Shown here: positions 35,833 to 45,066 of the stretch, in pieces
Numbering within the stretch: the first letter of the stretch is position 1
Layout: each line of letters starts with the position of its first letter
Source: a virus
Reading direction: 5' to 3' (one strand)
Length of the DNA: 64,000 bases
IMG/VR virus record: IMGVR_UViG_3300037504_000618
Span: 8,038-72,037 of that record
Notes under the pieces: generated by a model
The model's input: only the letters and a program-made list of their open reading frames with translations
What the model was told of the DNA's origin: nothing
Database searches by the model: none
Translations under genes and position numbers: made by a program

Positions 35833-36420
35833 ATGTTTGAGGAAGTTAAGCAGTTACGGGAGAAGGCAGCCCAGATCGTGCGGTATCTATCCCCGTGGGA
35901 GTTGGCCCCGGTGAATCCCCGGGTTGACAACCTGGTGCAGCTCGTCAATACTCAGGTGGAGGGGCCGGCGATCATGCTGCGGTTGCGCAAAGGACGCATC
36001 AGCTTCTCCGGGCAGTATCCGCACCCGTATTACCCCTCCGACCCGGCCGAGCGGGCCTACATCACGGTGAGCGCGAGCCGGTCCCCGCAGTCCATCGCCG
36101 GGGACGTGCAGCGGCGGCTTCTGCCGAGGTATCAGAAAAGTTACGCGGCGGCCGTCGCGCGGCAGGAGGCGGACGAGGCGTATGAGCGGCGCCGGTGCGA
36201 CGCCTTGGAGATGCTGGCGGCGATCAGCCAGATGCCGATCTCCCATCACAACGACCGTGAGCCGCAGATCTATCACTATGCTCATCCTCCGGGGACCCTG
36301 GCCCGGATCAAGATCCGCACCTATTCCCTGGACGATACTATGCAGGTGGACTTAGACCTCGACGGTATCCCCTTCGACGTGGCCAAGCAACTGTGTCGGG
36401 TTTTAAGTACGATTTCCTAA
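35833..36420 (+). CDS. Hypothetical protein
   Basis: AGAAAGGAG RBS. Confidence 0.7.
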   Translation: MFEEVKQLREKAAQIVRYLSPWELAPVNPRVDNLVQLVNTQVEGPAIMLRLRKGRISFSGQYPHPYYPSDPAERAYITVSASRSPQSIAGDVQRRLLPRYQKSYAAAVARQEADEAYERRRCDALEMLAAISQMPISHHNDREPQIYHYAHPPGTLARIKIRTYSLDDTMQVDLDLDGIPFDVAKQLCRVLSTIS

Positions 36421-36429
36421 TCTCCAAAT

Positions 36430-36460
36430 AAAAAGGGGGGCGAAATTTCGCCCCCCTTTT
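36430..36460. terminator. Bidirectional terminator
   Basis: AAAAGGGGGGCGAA/TTCGCCCCCCTTTT. Confidence 0.85.
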
Positions 36461-36465
36461 CTTAT

Positions 36466-36507
36466 AATTTCGTGATTGACAACAAAAGTTGTCTGTGAGA
36501 GAGTGAG
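36466..36507 (+). promoter_or_regulatory. Conserved promoter/operator copy D
   Basis: TTGACA 36476, GAGAGT 36499. Confidence 0.8.
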
Positions 36508-36533
36508 AGCAACTTAATCAAACAGAAAGGAGC

Positions 36534-37241
36534 TTGAAGATGGAGCAGACAACTTTTTTACAGGTAGAGAGCGGGTATCGGGTGGCGGACTTTCCGGCGT
36601 CCGAGCGTCCGGTCAATCGGCTGCGGGAGGTGGGGCCGCGTGCGGTCTCCAACGCGGAGCTGCTGGCGTGCATCTTGCAATCGAGGGAGGCCCTGGATCA
36701 GGCGAACGCGCTGTTGGTGGAGATGGGGGGACTGGCGGGCCTGGTGCACGCGGACGCGGTGATGTTCGAGGCCATTCGGGGGATCGGACCGGCGCAGGCC
36801 GCGCGGCTGTACGCGGCAGTGGAACTGGGGCGGCGTCTCAAGGCTGAGGCCCCGTTGGAGGTACAGATCCGCGCCCCGGCGGACGCGGCCAACTTCCTAT
36901 TCCCGTTGATCAGCATGGAGGAACAGGAGAACTTCGTGGTACTGTACCTCAACACGCGGAACCAGGTGATGACCCACGAGGTCCTCTATCGAGGGACCCT
37001 AAATACTTCCGTCGTGCGGGCTGCGGAAGTCTTTAGGGGCGCAATTCGGCGCAACAGCGCGACCATCGTCGTGGCGCACAATCACCCCTCGGGTAACCCG
37101 GACCCCTCGGCGGAGGACATCGGGCTGACGCGCCGCTTGGTGGAGGCGGGACGCTTGGTGGAGGTGGAGGTGCTGGATCACCTGGTCATCGGGCACGGGC
37201 GGTATGTGAGTTTAAAGGAGCGGCAGTTGGGGTTTGATTAA
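36534..37241 (+). CDS. radC: RadC/JAB domain protein
   Basis: ERP..RL, GIGPA, QENF, AHNHPSGNPDPSAED, LDHLVIG. Confidence 0.93.
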   Translation: MKMEQTTFLQVESGYRVADFPASERPVNRLREVGPRAVSNAELLACILQSREALDQANALLVEMGGLAGLVHADAVMFEAIRGIGPAQAARLYAAVELGRRLKAEAPLEVQIRAPADAANFLFPLISMEEQENFVVLYLNTRNQVMTHEVLYRGTLNTSVVRAAEVFRGAIRRNSATIVVAHNHPSGNPDPSAEDIGLTRRLVEAGRLVEVEVLDHLVIGHGRYVSLKERQLGFD

Positions 37242-37336
37242 CGGACGTTTTTCAGCGCATTAAACGGGGCAAAAACCGCAGTTTTAGCCCCGTTTCCCCT
37301 TAATAACTTCCGTTAATTTGACTTATCAGACGTTTT
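37238..37336 (-). repeat. Tripartite dif-like element copy 5
   Basis: TTAACGGACGTTTT (contains the radC stop); ATAACTTCCGTTAA-tttgac-TTATCAGACGTTTT overlapping a TTGACT-17-TATAAT promoter. Confidence 0.85.
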
Positions 37337-37434
37337 CTTCTATAATGAAGGTAATAGGTTAGCCTGTCAGTAGATATAAATTCCGGGGCGATCCGCTTAG
37401 GCGGGTCGCCCCTTTTCGTTTTCTGAGGTACTTA

Positions 37435-38196
37435 ATGACTGAAGACAGTGCAAAAGGGAAAAGGGACATCCACAGCCTCGATGATTTGATCCTCGACGAC
37501 CACAACGCCAACCAGGGGACCGAGCGGGGGATGTGGTCATTGCAGGAGAGCCTCATTCGCTTTGGCGTGGGGCGCGGGGTCCTGGTGGACCGCCTGGGGC
37601 AGGTGATCGGCGGCAATAAGACCATCGAGACCCTGGCGAAGCTGAATCCCGACGTTAAGGTCGTGGTGGTCCCCAGCGACGGGGACACGTTGGTCGTCAC
37701 GCAGCGCGTGGACCTGGACCGCGAGACGGACCCGGCAGCGCGCGAGCTGGCGGTTGCGGATAACCGCGTGGCCGAGCTCAACCTGGCCTGGGACGCGCAG
37801 CAGATCGTCCAGGGCGTGGAGGATGGGCTGGACTTGGCGGCCTTTTTCCATCAGGATGAGATCCGCCGCCTGGGGCTGGAGGCCGATGAGGAGGAGGATG
37901 AGGACCTCGACGAAGAGCCCGACTACGACCCCGTGCCGGAGATGGAGATTCAGCCCTTCGAGCACTATGATTATGTGATGGTGGTTTTCCGAAATACCTG
38001 GGACTGGGCCAAGGCTGTGGATTTCCTGGGTATCGAGGATAGGGCTTTCGCGTTTACGTCGAGTAAGGGGAAGCCCCATCGTAAAGTGGGTTTATGCCGC
38101 GTGCTGGATGGCGCGCGGTTCTTAGAACTTTTACAGAACAAATGCGAATCGTCATCCCCAGCAGAAAGCGCGTCAACGCCTGCCGCGACGTCCTGA
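37435..38196 (+). CDS. ParB-like N-terminal domain protein
   Basis: NAN, SL.RFG.GR..LVD..G.VIGGN, LAVADNRVAEL, acidic linker. Confidence 0.75.
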   Translation: MTEDSAKGKRDIHSLDDLILDDHNANQGTERGMWSLQESLIRFGVGRGVLVDRLGQVIGGNKTIETLAKLNPDVKVVVVPSDGDTLVVTQRVDLDRETDPAARELAVADNRVAELNLAWDAQQIVQGVEDGLDLAAFFHQDEIRRLGLEADEEEDEDLDEEPDYDPVPEMEIQPFEHYDYVMVVFRNTWDWAKAVDFLGIEDRAFAFTSSKGKPHRKVGLCRVLDGARFLELLQNKCESSSPAESASTPAATS

Positions 38197-38879
38197 AGCT
38201 TTTTCCGGGGGCGCTGGTTGTGGTGCACCAGGAGGAAGTGGAAGACTACGGCGTGCTGGACGCTGAGTTACTTGCGCACCCGCCGGAGGTGGCCGGGATC
38301 GCGCCGTTGAAGAATTGGATCTTGGACAACGTGCCGGATGAGACGGTCTTTATCGTGGACGACGACATCAGCATGCTCAAGGCCATGGGCGGCCGACCTC
38401 GGAAGTCGGCGCCGATCCGTGATCCAGCGGTGATCCGTCAGGTCGTCGAGAACGCCGCGCAGGCGGCCCGGGTGCTGGGCACGCCGGTCTTCGGCTTCAA
38501 TCAGAACGGCGGCGACGTGCGGAAGTTCAGCAATCAGGACCCTGTCGGGATGAGCGGGTGGGTCGGGGGCGCGATGGGCATCATCGGGCGCGAGCTGCGC
38601 TATGACTCCAATCTCAAGCTCCGAGCCGACATTGACTTCTGCTTGCAGGCGCAGCTTCGCTTTCGCTGCATCTACTCTGACCTGCGCTTTGCCTTCGTCG
38701 AGCAGCGCTTCAACAACACGGGCGGTAACGCCCACATGCGCAGCGCGGAGCGGAATCGGCGCGAGCTGGCGTATCTCAAGCAGAAGTGGGGGCGCTGGAT
38801 CAGCCTCCGCGAGGGCAAGGGGACCGTGATGATCAAGGTCCACGTCAAGCGGCGGCAAAATCTGGTGATAATTTCGTGA
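38142..38879 (+). CDS. GREB1/TET-associated-type glycosyltransferase
   Basis: MRIVIPSRKR, NWILD, VDDDI, DIDFCLQ, NTGGN. Confidence 0.72.
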   Translation: MRIVIPSRKRVNACRDVLKLFPGALVVVHQEEVEDYGVLDAELLAHPPEVAGIAPLKNWILDNVPDETVFIVDDDISMLKAMGGRPRKSAPIRDPAVIRQVVENAAQAARVLGTPVFGFNQNGGDVRKFSNQDPVGMSGWVGGAMGIIGRELRYDSNLKLRADIDFCLQAQLRFRCIYSDLRFAFVEQRFNNTGGNAHMRSAERNRRELAYLKQKWGRWISLREGKGTVMIKVHVKRRQNLVIIS

Positions 38880-38882
38880 GCT

Positions 38883-38921
38883 TTCGTGCTTGACAACCAA
38901 AGTTTCCTGTGAGAGAGTGAG
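38883..38921 (+). promoter_or_regulatory. Conserved promoter/operator copy E
   Basis: TCGTGC-TTGACA 38890, GAGAGT 38913. Confidence 0.75.
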
Positions 38922-38952
38922 AAAAGTACAAACTATCTCATAGGAGGTTGCA

Positions 38953-39585
38953 ATGGAAGGGAGTTATCGGCCATACACACAAAACGGTTACCCGTTGGGG
39001 GACGTGATCAGCGCTCTGCAAAAGGACATCCGGCGGGGCAACGAGGAACAGGCGTTGTACTGGTGCTTGGAGCTGTTGCCGCGATACGAGATGTATCTCT
39101 GGCGGCGGCTGATGGTGATCTGTAATGAGGACATCGGCCTCGGTAACCCGGATATCCTAGTCCAGATCCCGATGCTGCGGGCGCAGTATTTCGAGTTTCG
39201 TGGGTTGGGCAAGAATGGAACGTGTCGGCTGATTTTGGCTAATGCCATTATGCTGATGTGCCGGTCGCCCAAGGCGCGCACGGCGGATCACTTTCAACGG
39301 GTGGTCACGCAGCAATGGGTGGAGGACAGTCGGGCCAAGCAGACCCGCCCTATCCCGGACTATGCTTTCGACAAACACACTAATAAAGGGAAAACGTTGA
39401 AGCGGGGCTTTGATCATTGGTTGGACGTAGGCTGTCAGTTGGACGACCCCGCCGAGGTTGAGGATCCGTATCAGGAGCGCGCGGAGGCACTGTGGCGCAG
39501 TGGGAAAAACGACGCGCCGGAGTGGGGCAAACGCCGGAAGCGCAAGGATGATGATGTCACGCAGTTGAATCTGTTTAATAGTTAG
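38953..39585 (+). CDS. Stand-alone MgsA/RarA C-terminal-like domain protein
   Basis: ISALQKDIRRG..ALYW..RRL....EDIG; no Walker motifs. Confidence 0.75.
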   Translation: MEGSYRPYTQNGYPLGDVISALQKDIRRGNEEQALYWCLELLPRYEMYLWRRLMVICNEDIGLGNPDILVQIPMLRAQYFEFRGLGKNGTCRLILANAIMLMCRSPKARTADHFQRVVTQQWVEDSRAKQTRPIPDYAFDKHTNKGKTLKRGFDHWLDVGCQLDDPAEVEDPYQERAEALWRSGKNDAPEWGKRRKRKDDDVTQLNLFNS

Positions 39586-39609
39586 CTAGTCCGTCAGTGG
39601 CAGTGATCC

Positions 39610-39649
39610 CGGGACGATTCACCTCTAAGGTGAATCGTCCCCTTTTTTT
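39610..39649 (+). terminator. Intrinsic terminator
   Basis: GGGACGATTCACC/GGTGAATCGTCCC with T tract. Confidence 0.85.
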
Positions 39650-39667
39650 ATCTTATAGGAGGTTGCG

Positions 39668-40078
39668 TTGAAGAAAAGATTGGGAATATCGTTGTTAGTT
39701 GCCGTTTTGATGTCGGTTATGGCCGTGGGCGCGGTAGCAGCGCAAGGAGAGCCTCCTATCGCCGGGCCGGATAATCCCACGGATTTGCTGGCCGTGTTGG
39801 GGTGGCTGGCTGCCGGTGGCGCAGGGCCGGCAATTGCCTTCGCGTTGAATAAGCTGCCGTGGTTCCGGGCTATCGAAAACGACAATGTTAAGTTGGGCAT
39901 TGTGGTTACCTGCGTCGTGATCGTGCCGTTGACGGCGAAGGTCGCGATTGACTTGGTGCCTCCGCACATTTGGCCTCTCGTTCAGCCCTACTGGGCCACG
40001 GCGGTGGGGGCGTTGCTCCTCGGCTGGCCTGCTTCGCAGATCACGTTCGAGACGTTTATTAAGCCGAAGAAGGGATAG
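39668..40078 (+). CDS. Membrane protein, holin candidate
   Basis: Signal-like N-terminus plus 3 hydrophobic segments, basic C-terminus; upstream of a peptidase. Confidence 0.55.
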   Translation: MKKRLGISLLVAVLMSVMAVGAVAAQGEPPIAGPDNPTDLLAVLGWLAAGGAGPAIAFALNKLPWFRAIENDNVKLGIVVTCVVIVPLTAKVAIDLVPPHIWPLVQPYWATAVGALLLGWPASQITFETFIKPKKG

Positions 40079-40080
40079 GT

Positions 40081-40479
40081 GTGGAAGCTGGCGGCGGTTT
40101 CGATACGTTTATAGAAATCGCCAACGGGATAACGGCTCTGGCCCTCTCGTTGGCCTGTCTCTATGCTTTTTTTAAAGGGCTCGTTATCCCTGCGCCAGTC
40201 GTGGAGGCCATTATTCAAAAGACTGTTGCTGCCGTCTTGAAGGAGACGCGCGAAGATTATGAGCAAATGCTCATGGAGATGATGGCTGAGATCACGGCGC
40301 GCACCCTGAAGGCCATCGACGAGATGGAGCGTGAGCAAATGACGGCGATGCAGCGCAGTTTGAAGGAGCTCCGCGAGTTCCTGGAACGCGAGATGGATCG
40401 TGCGGAATGGCGTGAGCTGCGCCGTCAGACCAGCCCGTTAGATACAGGGATACTTGAAAGGAGCGCTAAAGATGACTAA
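40081..40479 (+). CDS. Membrane-anchored coiled-coil protein (lysis module)
   Basis: One TM segment plus charged helix. Confidence 0.55.
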   Translation: MEAGGGFDTFIEIANGITALALSLACLYAFFKGLVIPAPVVEAIIQKTVAAVLKETREDYEQMLMEMMAEITARTLKAIDEMEREQMTAMQRSLKELREFLEREMDRAEWRELRRQTSPLDTGILERSAKDD

Positions 40480-41194
40480 AAATCCGGCTACATTAGCAAC
40501 GCAAGTTTCCAGCGCTATTGGGACTTTGGACGCTGTACGTGATGGACTTTTTCAACTGGCTACGGAAGGGGCGGAAGAGCAAATTCGCCGTCCTCCCGCA
40601 TTCTGGCAACGCGACCGGCTGCGTTGGGCGTCACATCAGTACGCGCGGCAGTGTGGCGGCTGGCATACGATTGAGAGCGCCGGTTGCCTGGTCTGCTGCG
40701 TCTCCATGCTGGCGGCCTGGGCGGGATATGACACGGATCCCAAACGCACGGCGCAGGGCTTGGACGAGGCCAAGGCTTTTGTAGGGGACAATCTGAGTCA
40801 CCCTTCGCGCGTTGAGGAAGTTTTCCACACGCTGCGCTGGCATCATAATGCCGACCTTCTGGGGAAATACAGCTCCTACATTAACTGGCGCAAGGCGGCG
40901 GTGGATCTGGAGGCCCTGCAAGCATTACTCAGGGAGTATCCGGTGACGGTCGAGGTGGATATGTCGCCGGGAGGCGCGGTGCAGCAGCATTTCGTTCTAG
41001 CGTATGAGTATGTGCCTGATCCTGACGGGGGACTCTATGACGATCTCCTGATCGCGGACCCCTGGACCGGGGGCTATGGCTCCATCCTGGATTATTTCCA
41101 TCCGGCGTGGTTGAGCTGGTGTGAGCGCGTCTCGATTACGCGCGTACAGCGGGCGGTCACCGGCGCGCGGGTGTGGGAGGTCCTACCGTTCTGA
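40472..41194 (+). CDS. Papain-like (C39-like) peptidase, endolysin candidate
   Basis: Q..D..W, GCLVCCVSM, QHFVL, IADPW. Confidence 0.65.
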   Translation: MTKNPATLATQVSSAIGTLDAVRDGLFQLATEGAEEQIRRPPAFWQRDRLRWASHQYARQCGGWHTIESAGCLVCCVSMLAAWAGYDTDPKRTAQGLDEAKAFVGDNLSHPSRVEEVFHTLRWHHNADLLGKYSSYINWRKAAVDLEALQALLREYPVTVEVDMSPGGAVQQHFVLAYEYVPDPDGGLYDDLLIADPWTGGYGSILDYFHPAWLSWCERVSITRVQRAVTGARVWEVLPF

Positions 41195-41415
41195 TGAGCA
41201 GGCTCAGGCTAACACGCTTACAGCGTGAGGAAGAGAAAGCACAGGAGTGGTTGGGCGTCCTCAAGAAACTGGAGGCTCAGGGCCACGTCGAGCCGTGGCG
41301 CGCGGAGATTATCCGCCTGACCGCCGATATCTATCTGGGTTCAGAGCGCGTGGCTTATCTGCTGCGCGCGCTTGATTGGATCCAGATGCATGGAGTGGCT
41401 GACGCATGTACATAA
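41194..41415 (+). CDS. Hypothetical protein
   Basis: Coupled ORF. Confidence 0.55.
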   Translation: MSRLRLTRLQREEEKAQEWLGVLKKLEAQGHVEPWRAEIIRLTADIYLGSERVAYLLRALDWIQMHGVADACT

Positions 41416-42593
41416 CAGTTTTTGGGCTTGGACGCGCCGGAGCAGTGACTGCGGCACTATTAGCTCATCTTGGCCATAATGTCTATGGGGTGGATACAGA
41501 TTTAGACAAGTTAGCCCTGTTGCGCTTGGGGCGCATTCCATTCTATGAGCCAGATCTTTCGCAGTATGTCTATGAGGGATTGGACACCGGTCGCCTTAGC
41601 ATTACGACGGATGGAGAAGATGCTGTAAGACACAGCGAGTTTTCCTTGATCTGTGTGGGAACGCCCAACTGTGATGGAGGTGTAGAGTTATCTGCCGTCT
41701 ACAATGTTTTGGAGACCATCGGCAAGGCATTGCGGGAGCACACTACGTATCACGTGGTAGTTTTGCGTAGCACGGTGCCCATTCCTGAATTGGATAAGCT
41801 GCTTTTGCACCTAGAGATAAAATCCCGACTTGAAGTAGGACAAGACTTCGGTTTTTGTGTCAATCCTGAATTTCTCCGTGAGGGTAGCGCCATTAAGGAT
41901 TTCCTTAATCCGCCCTTTGTGTTGATTGGGCAGGAGAATAAGCGTGCCGGAAAACGCCTGCGTGAACTTTACAATGTCATTATGGCTCCTCAGATTATGA
42001 CCGATTATCGCACCGCTATGTTGGTGAAGTACGTGTCTAACGCCTGGCATGCGTTGAAGATCGTCTTTGCTAATGAAATCGGGGGGATTGCTAACGCGCT
42101 ACATATCGCGCCCCAGGAAGTGATGGGTGTTGTTACACAGGATACCATGCTCAATGTTTCCCCGGCTTATATGCGTCCAGGGGGGCCGTATGGCGGATCC
42201 TGCTTGCCTAAAGATCTTACCGCCTTACTGCGCATGACGATGGTGCAATCCCCCGTTTTGGCCGCGATTCCCCAGAGCAATGCTCTGCACATCTTGGACA
42301 TTATTGAGCGCATTTTAGCGAGCGGGCGGCAACGCATTGGCGTTGTGGGGCTCAGTTTCAAGCCGGACACCGACGACTTACGCGGCAGCCCTTGGGCCGC
42401 CGTCGTCGATGCTTTGCTCAAGGCCGGTCGTGATGTGAAGATCTATGATCCTGATGTCTCCCATGTTATGGCCGGACGCTATCGTGACATGATGGTCGAG
42501 GAGTTTGATGATCTGGAGGCTTGGGCCGAACAGCTATTCTACGCCAAGCCGGAGCTGGTACCCAATTCAACACAGGAGGAAGTTGGTGACTAG
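41406..42593 (+). CDS. UDP-glucose/GDP-mannose 6-dehydrogenase family protein
   Basis: GLGRAG, CVGTP, NPEFLREG, GGSCLPKD, FKPDTDDLR. Confidence 0.93.
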   Translation: MYITVFGLGRAGAVTAALLAHLGHNVYGVDTDLDKLALLRLGRIPFYEPDLSQYVYEGLDTGRLSITTDGEDAVRHSEFSLICVGTPNCDGGVELSAVYNVLETIGKALREHTTYHVVVLRSTVPIPELDKLLLHLEIKSRLEVGQDFGFCVNPEFLREGSAIKDFLNPPFVLIGQENKRAGKRLRELYNVIMAPQIMTDYRTAMLVKYVSNAWHALKIVFANEIGGIANALHIAPQEVMGVVTQDTMLNVSPAYMRPGGPYGGSCLPKDLTALLRMTMVQSPVLAAIPQSNALHILDIIERILASGRQRIGVVGLSFKPDTDDLRGSPWAAVVDALLKAGRDVKIYDPDVSHVMAGRYRDMMVEEFDDLEAWAEQLFYAKPELVPNSTQEEVGD

Positions 42594-42900
42594 TAATCAG
42601 GAAGAAATAAGGCGGTTGCGAGTAGCTTCGCTACACTTACGCGGTTTGACCCCTTTAGAAATTAGCTCTGCCCTCGGACCGGATATGCCGGCTGACGTCG
42701 AGACGGTCTGTGAGGATATTGCTTATCTGGAACGCATTTGGACAACAGAGGTCAAGCCGACCCAGCGTCACTTGGCACGGATGCTCGCGGAAACCCGTGA
42801 GGCCCGACGTGTAGCTTGGGCTAAGGCGGATATGAGTTTGGTATTGGATTTAATCAAGCAAGAGGCGAAGCTATTGAGGATAGACACGCTTCTATTATAA
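42586..42900 (+). CDS. Hypothetical HTH-like protein
   Basis: GTG after GGAGG; VASLHLRGLTPLEIS. Confidence 0.55.
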   Translation: MTSNQEEIRRLRVASLHLRGLTPLEISSALGPDMPADVETVCEDIAYLERIWTTEVKPTQRHLARMLAETREARRVAWAKADMSLVLDLIKQEAKLLRIDTLLL

Positions 42901-42950
42901 GAAACGTCTGCTAATGGAAATTAACGGCTGTTTTATTTCGCGTAATCATG
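42899..42950 (+). repeat. Tripartite dif-like element copy 6 (third arm degenerate or absent)
   Basis: GAAACGTCTGCTAA-tggaaa-TTAACGGCTGTTTT then CGCGTAATCA. Confidence 0.75.
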
Positions 42951-43025
42951 CGATATCGAGGGGGAAAAGCGGAACCTCTCCCGGAATAAAACGCACAATT
43001 GTTACATATGGGGAGTTGAGGGGTT

Positions 43026-43619
43026 GTGGAGGATGATCGGAGCACGGCATTTCCGGCCAACGAAAAGACGCCGGGGCAGCGCAAGAGTCGCACTGCCTAT
43101 CAGAAGTTTAGCGACCAGTTGGAGTCTTTTCCGTGGATGGAAGAGTATTTGGAGCTACGTCAAATGGAACTGCGAGGGCGCAAGCTGGACTGGCGCAAGG
43201 CGGTCTACGTCGCGTGGGCCAGCATGCCTACGCCCAGACGCCAGCCGGAGACGCAGGATGAGCTGGCGACGCAGGTCTTGGGGCTTAGCTCCTATCGCAC
43301 GATCAGCCGGTGGAAGAAGAAGTACCCGGAGCTGGAGGAGCTGGTGGCCGAGCGGCAGGCCGCGCCGTTGCTCAAGTATCGGGCGGACGTGTTCGAGGCG
43401 CTGGGCCAGGTGGCCCGTATGCCTGACCCGAAGGCCCATCGGGACCGCAAGCTTTTCTTGGAGATGTCGGGGGACTATAGCCCCCGCAAGGCCGTCGAGG
43501 TGACCGGTGAAGATGGTGAAGCTGTTCAACAGGTGGTGGCTTTTGACCTTAGCGATATCCCTTCTGACATCCTACGGCATATCGCCAACGGCAACGCAGA
43601 TCACGAGCCTGAAGACTGA
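43026..43619 (+). CDS. Terminase small subunit candidate
   Basis: HTH (TQDELA...RTISRWK); directly upstream of TerL. Confidence 0.7.
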   Translation: MEDDRSTAFPANEKTPGQRKSRTAYQKFSDQLESFPWMEEYLELRQMELRGRKLDWRKAVYVAWASMPTPRRQPETQDELATQVLGLSSYRTISRWKKKYPELEELVAERQAAPLLKYRADVFEALGQVARMPDPKAHRDRKLFLEMSGDYSPRKAVEVTGEDGEAVQQVVAFDLSDIPSDILRHIANGNADHEPED

Positions 43620-45066
43620 AGCGCGCCGCGAGTTGGCCCGCCGGCACCTCGTGGACTTCACCTGTTGGACGTATCCGCAGTACGTGGACGACCCGGCACA
43701 CTGGCTGATCGCGGAGCATCTGGAGAAGGTGCTCACGGGCCAGATCAAGCGGCTGATGATCTTCGCCCCTCCGCAGCATGGGAAGTCGGAGCTGGTCTCT
43801 ATTCGTTTCCCGGCCTTTTGGCTAGGGCACCGGCCCGATGACCCCGTGATCTTGGCTTCTTATGGAGCCAGCCTAGCGGAGCGGCATAGCAGTGAGGCAC
43901 GGGCGGCGGTGGAGAGTCAGGAATATCAGGATATCTTCACCGAGACGCGCACGCGGCAGGACAGCCGATCCAAGCAACTCTGGCGTATCCAGGATCATCG
44001 CGGGGGGCTATTAGCCGCCGGTGTAGGTGGCCCTATCACGGGCCATGGGGCTGTGCTGGGCATCATTGACGACCCGTTTGAGAACTGGCGGCAGGCGCAG
44101 TCCCTCACGGTGCGCAATCACGTCTGGGATTGGTGGCGGGGTACATTTAGGACGCGGATCTGGGAGGACGGCGCGATTATCCTGGTGATGACGCGCTGGC
44201 ATGAGGATGATCTCGCGGGGCGGCTCTTATCGGAGCAGGGCGACCGCTGGACCGTGCTCCGGCTCCCGGCGATTGCTGAGACGCAGGAGGATCGCGATAA
44301 GAGCAATGCGTTGCTAGGACTTCCGACAGGGGAGCCCGACCCGCTAGGCCGTGCGCCGGGCGAGGCGCTGTGTCCGCAGCGCTTCAGCACGGAGGCGCTC
44401 ACGGTCATTCGCTACGATGTGGGCAGCATGGTCTGGTATGCGGAATACGTGGGCGTGCCCCGGTCGCCGGAGGGGAACAAGTTCAAGCGGTCGTGGTTTG
44501 AGGGACGGATGGTTGAGGCGGTGCCCTCCGAAGGGCGGCGGGTGCGCTATTGGGACAAGGGCGGGACGCAGGGCGGCGGCGATTATACCGCCGGGGTGTT
44601 GATGGTGCTGCACGAGGGGCGGTTCTTCGTCGCGGACGTTGTCCATGGGCAATGGTCTGACTACGAACGCGATAAGACGATCAAGGCCACGGCTGAATTG
44701 GATGGCGTGGAGACCGTGACGTGGGTCGAGCAGGAACCGGGCAGTGGTGGGAAGGATTCAACAAACGCCACGATCCGCAAGCTGGCGGGCTTCAACGTGC
44801 ACGCGCATCGGCCCAGTGGGGATAAGGAAGTCCGAGCCAGCCCCTTCGCGGCGCAGTGCGAAGCGGGGAACGTGTTCCTCAAGCGCGCGCACTGGAACGC
44901 GCAGTATCTCGCGGAGCTGACAGCCTTCCCCAACGGCGCGCACGATGACCAGGTGGACGCCAGCAGCGGCGCGTTTAACCGGCTGGCCCCAGCGGGGGGA
45001 CAGTCTTATTTGGATTGGATGAAACAGCGCGTTGCGAAGGAACAGGAAGCGCAACAAGGGAATTAA
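43507..45066 (+). CDS. terL: Terminase large subunit (start uncertain, possibly TTG 43543)
   Basis: PPQHGKS, IIDDP, MTRWHEDDL, DYTA, HDDQVDA. Confidence 0.93.
   Translation: MKMVKLFNRWWLLTLAISLLTSYGISPTATQITSLKTEARRELARRHLVDFTCWTYPQYVDDPAHWLIAEHLEKVLTGQIKRLMIFAPPQHGKSELVSIRFPAFWLGHRPDDPVILASYGASLAERHSSEARAAVESQEYQDIFTETRTRQDSRSKQLWRIQDHRGGLLAAGVGGPITGHGAVLGIIDDPFENWRQAQSLTVRNHVWDWWRGTFRTRIWEDGAIILVMTRWHEDDLAGRLLSEQGDRWTVLRLPAIAETQEDRDKSNALLGLPTGEPDPLGRAPGEALCPQRFSTEALTVIRYDVGSMVWYAEYVGVPRSPEGNKFKRSWFEGRMVEAVPSEGRRVRYWDKGGTQGGGDYTAGVLMVLHEGRFFVADVVHGQWSDYERDKTIKATAELDGVETVTWVEQEPGSGGKDSTNATIRKLAGFNVHAHRPSGDKEVRASPFAAQCEAGNVFLKRAHWNAQYLAELTAFPNGAHDDQVDASSGAFNRLAPAGGQSYLDWMKQRVAKEQEAQQGN

Noticed and set aside
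1320-36532. Recurrent CCAGAAAGGAG before many genes
   Set aside because: Explained as an extended Shine-Dalgarno context.
41134-41145. GATTACGCGCGT inside the peptidase gene
   Set aside because: Coding context with no flanking arms; probably chance.
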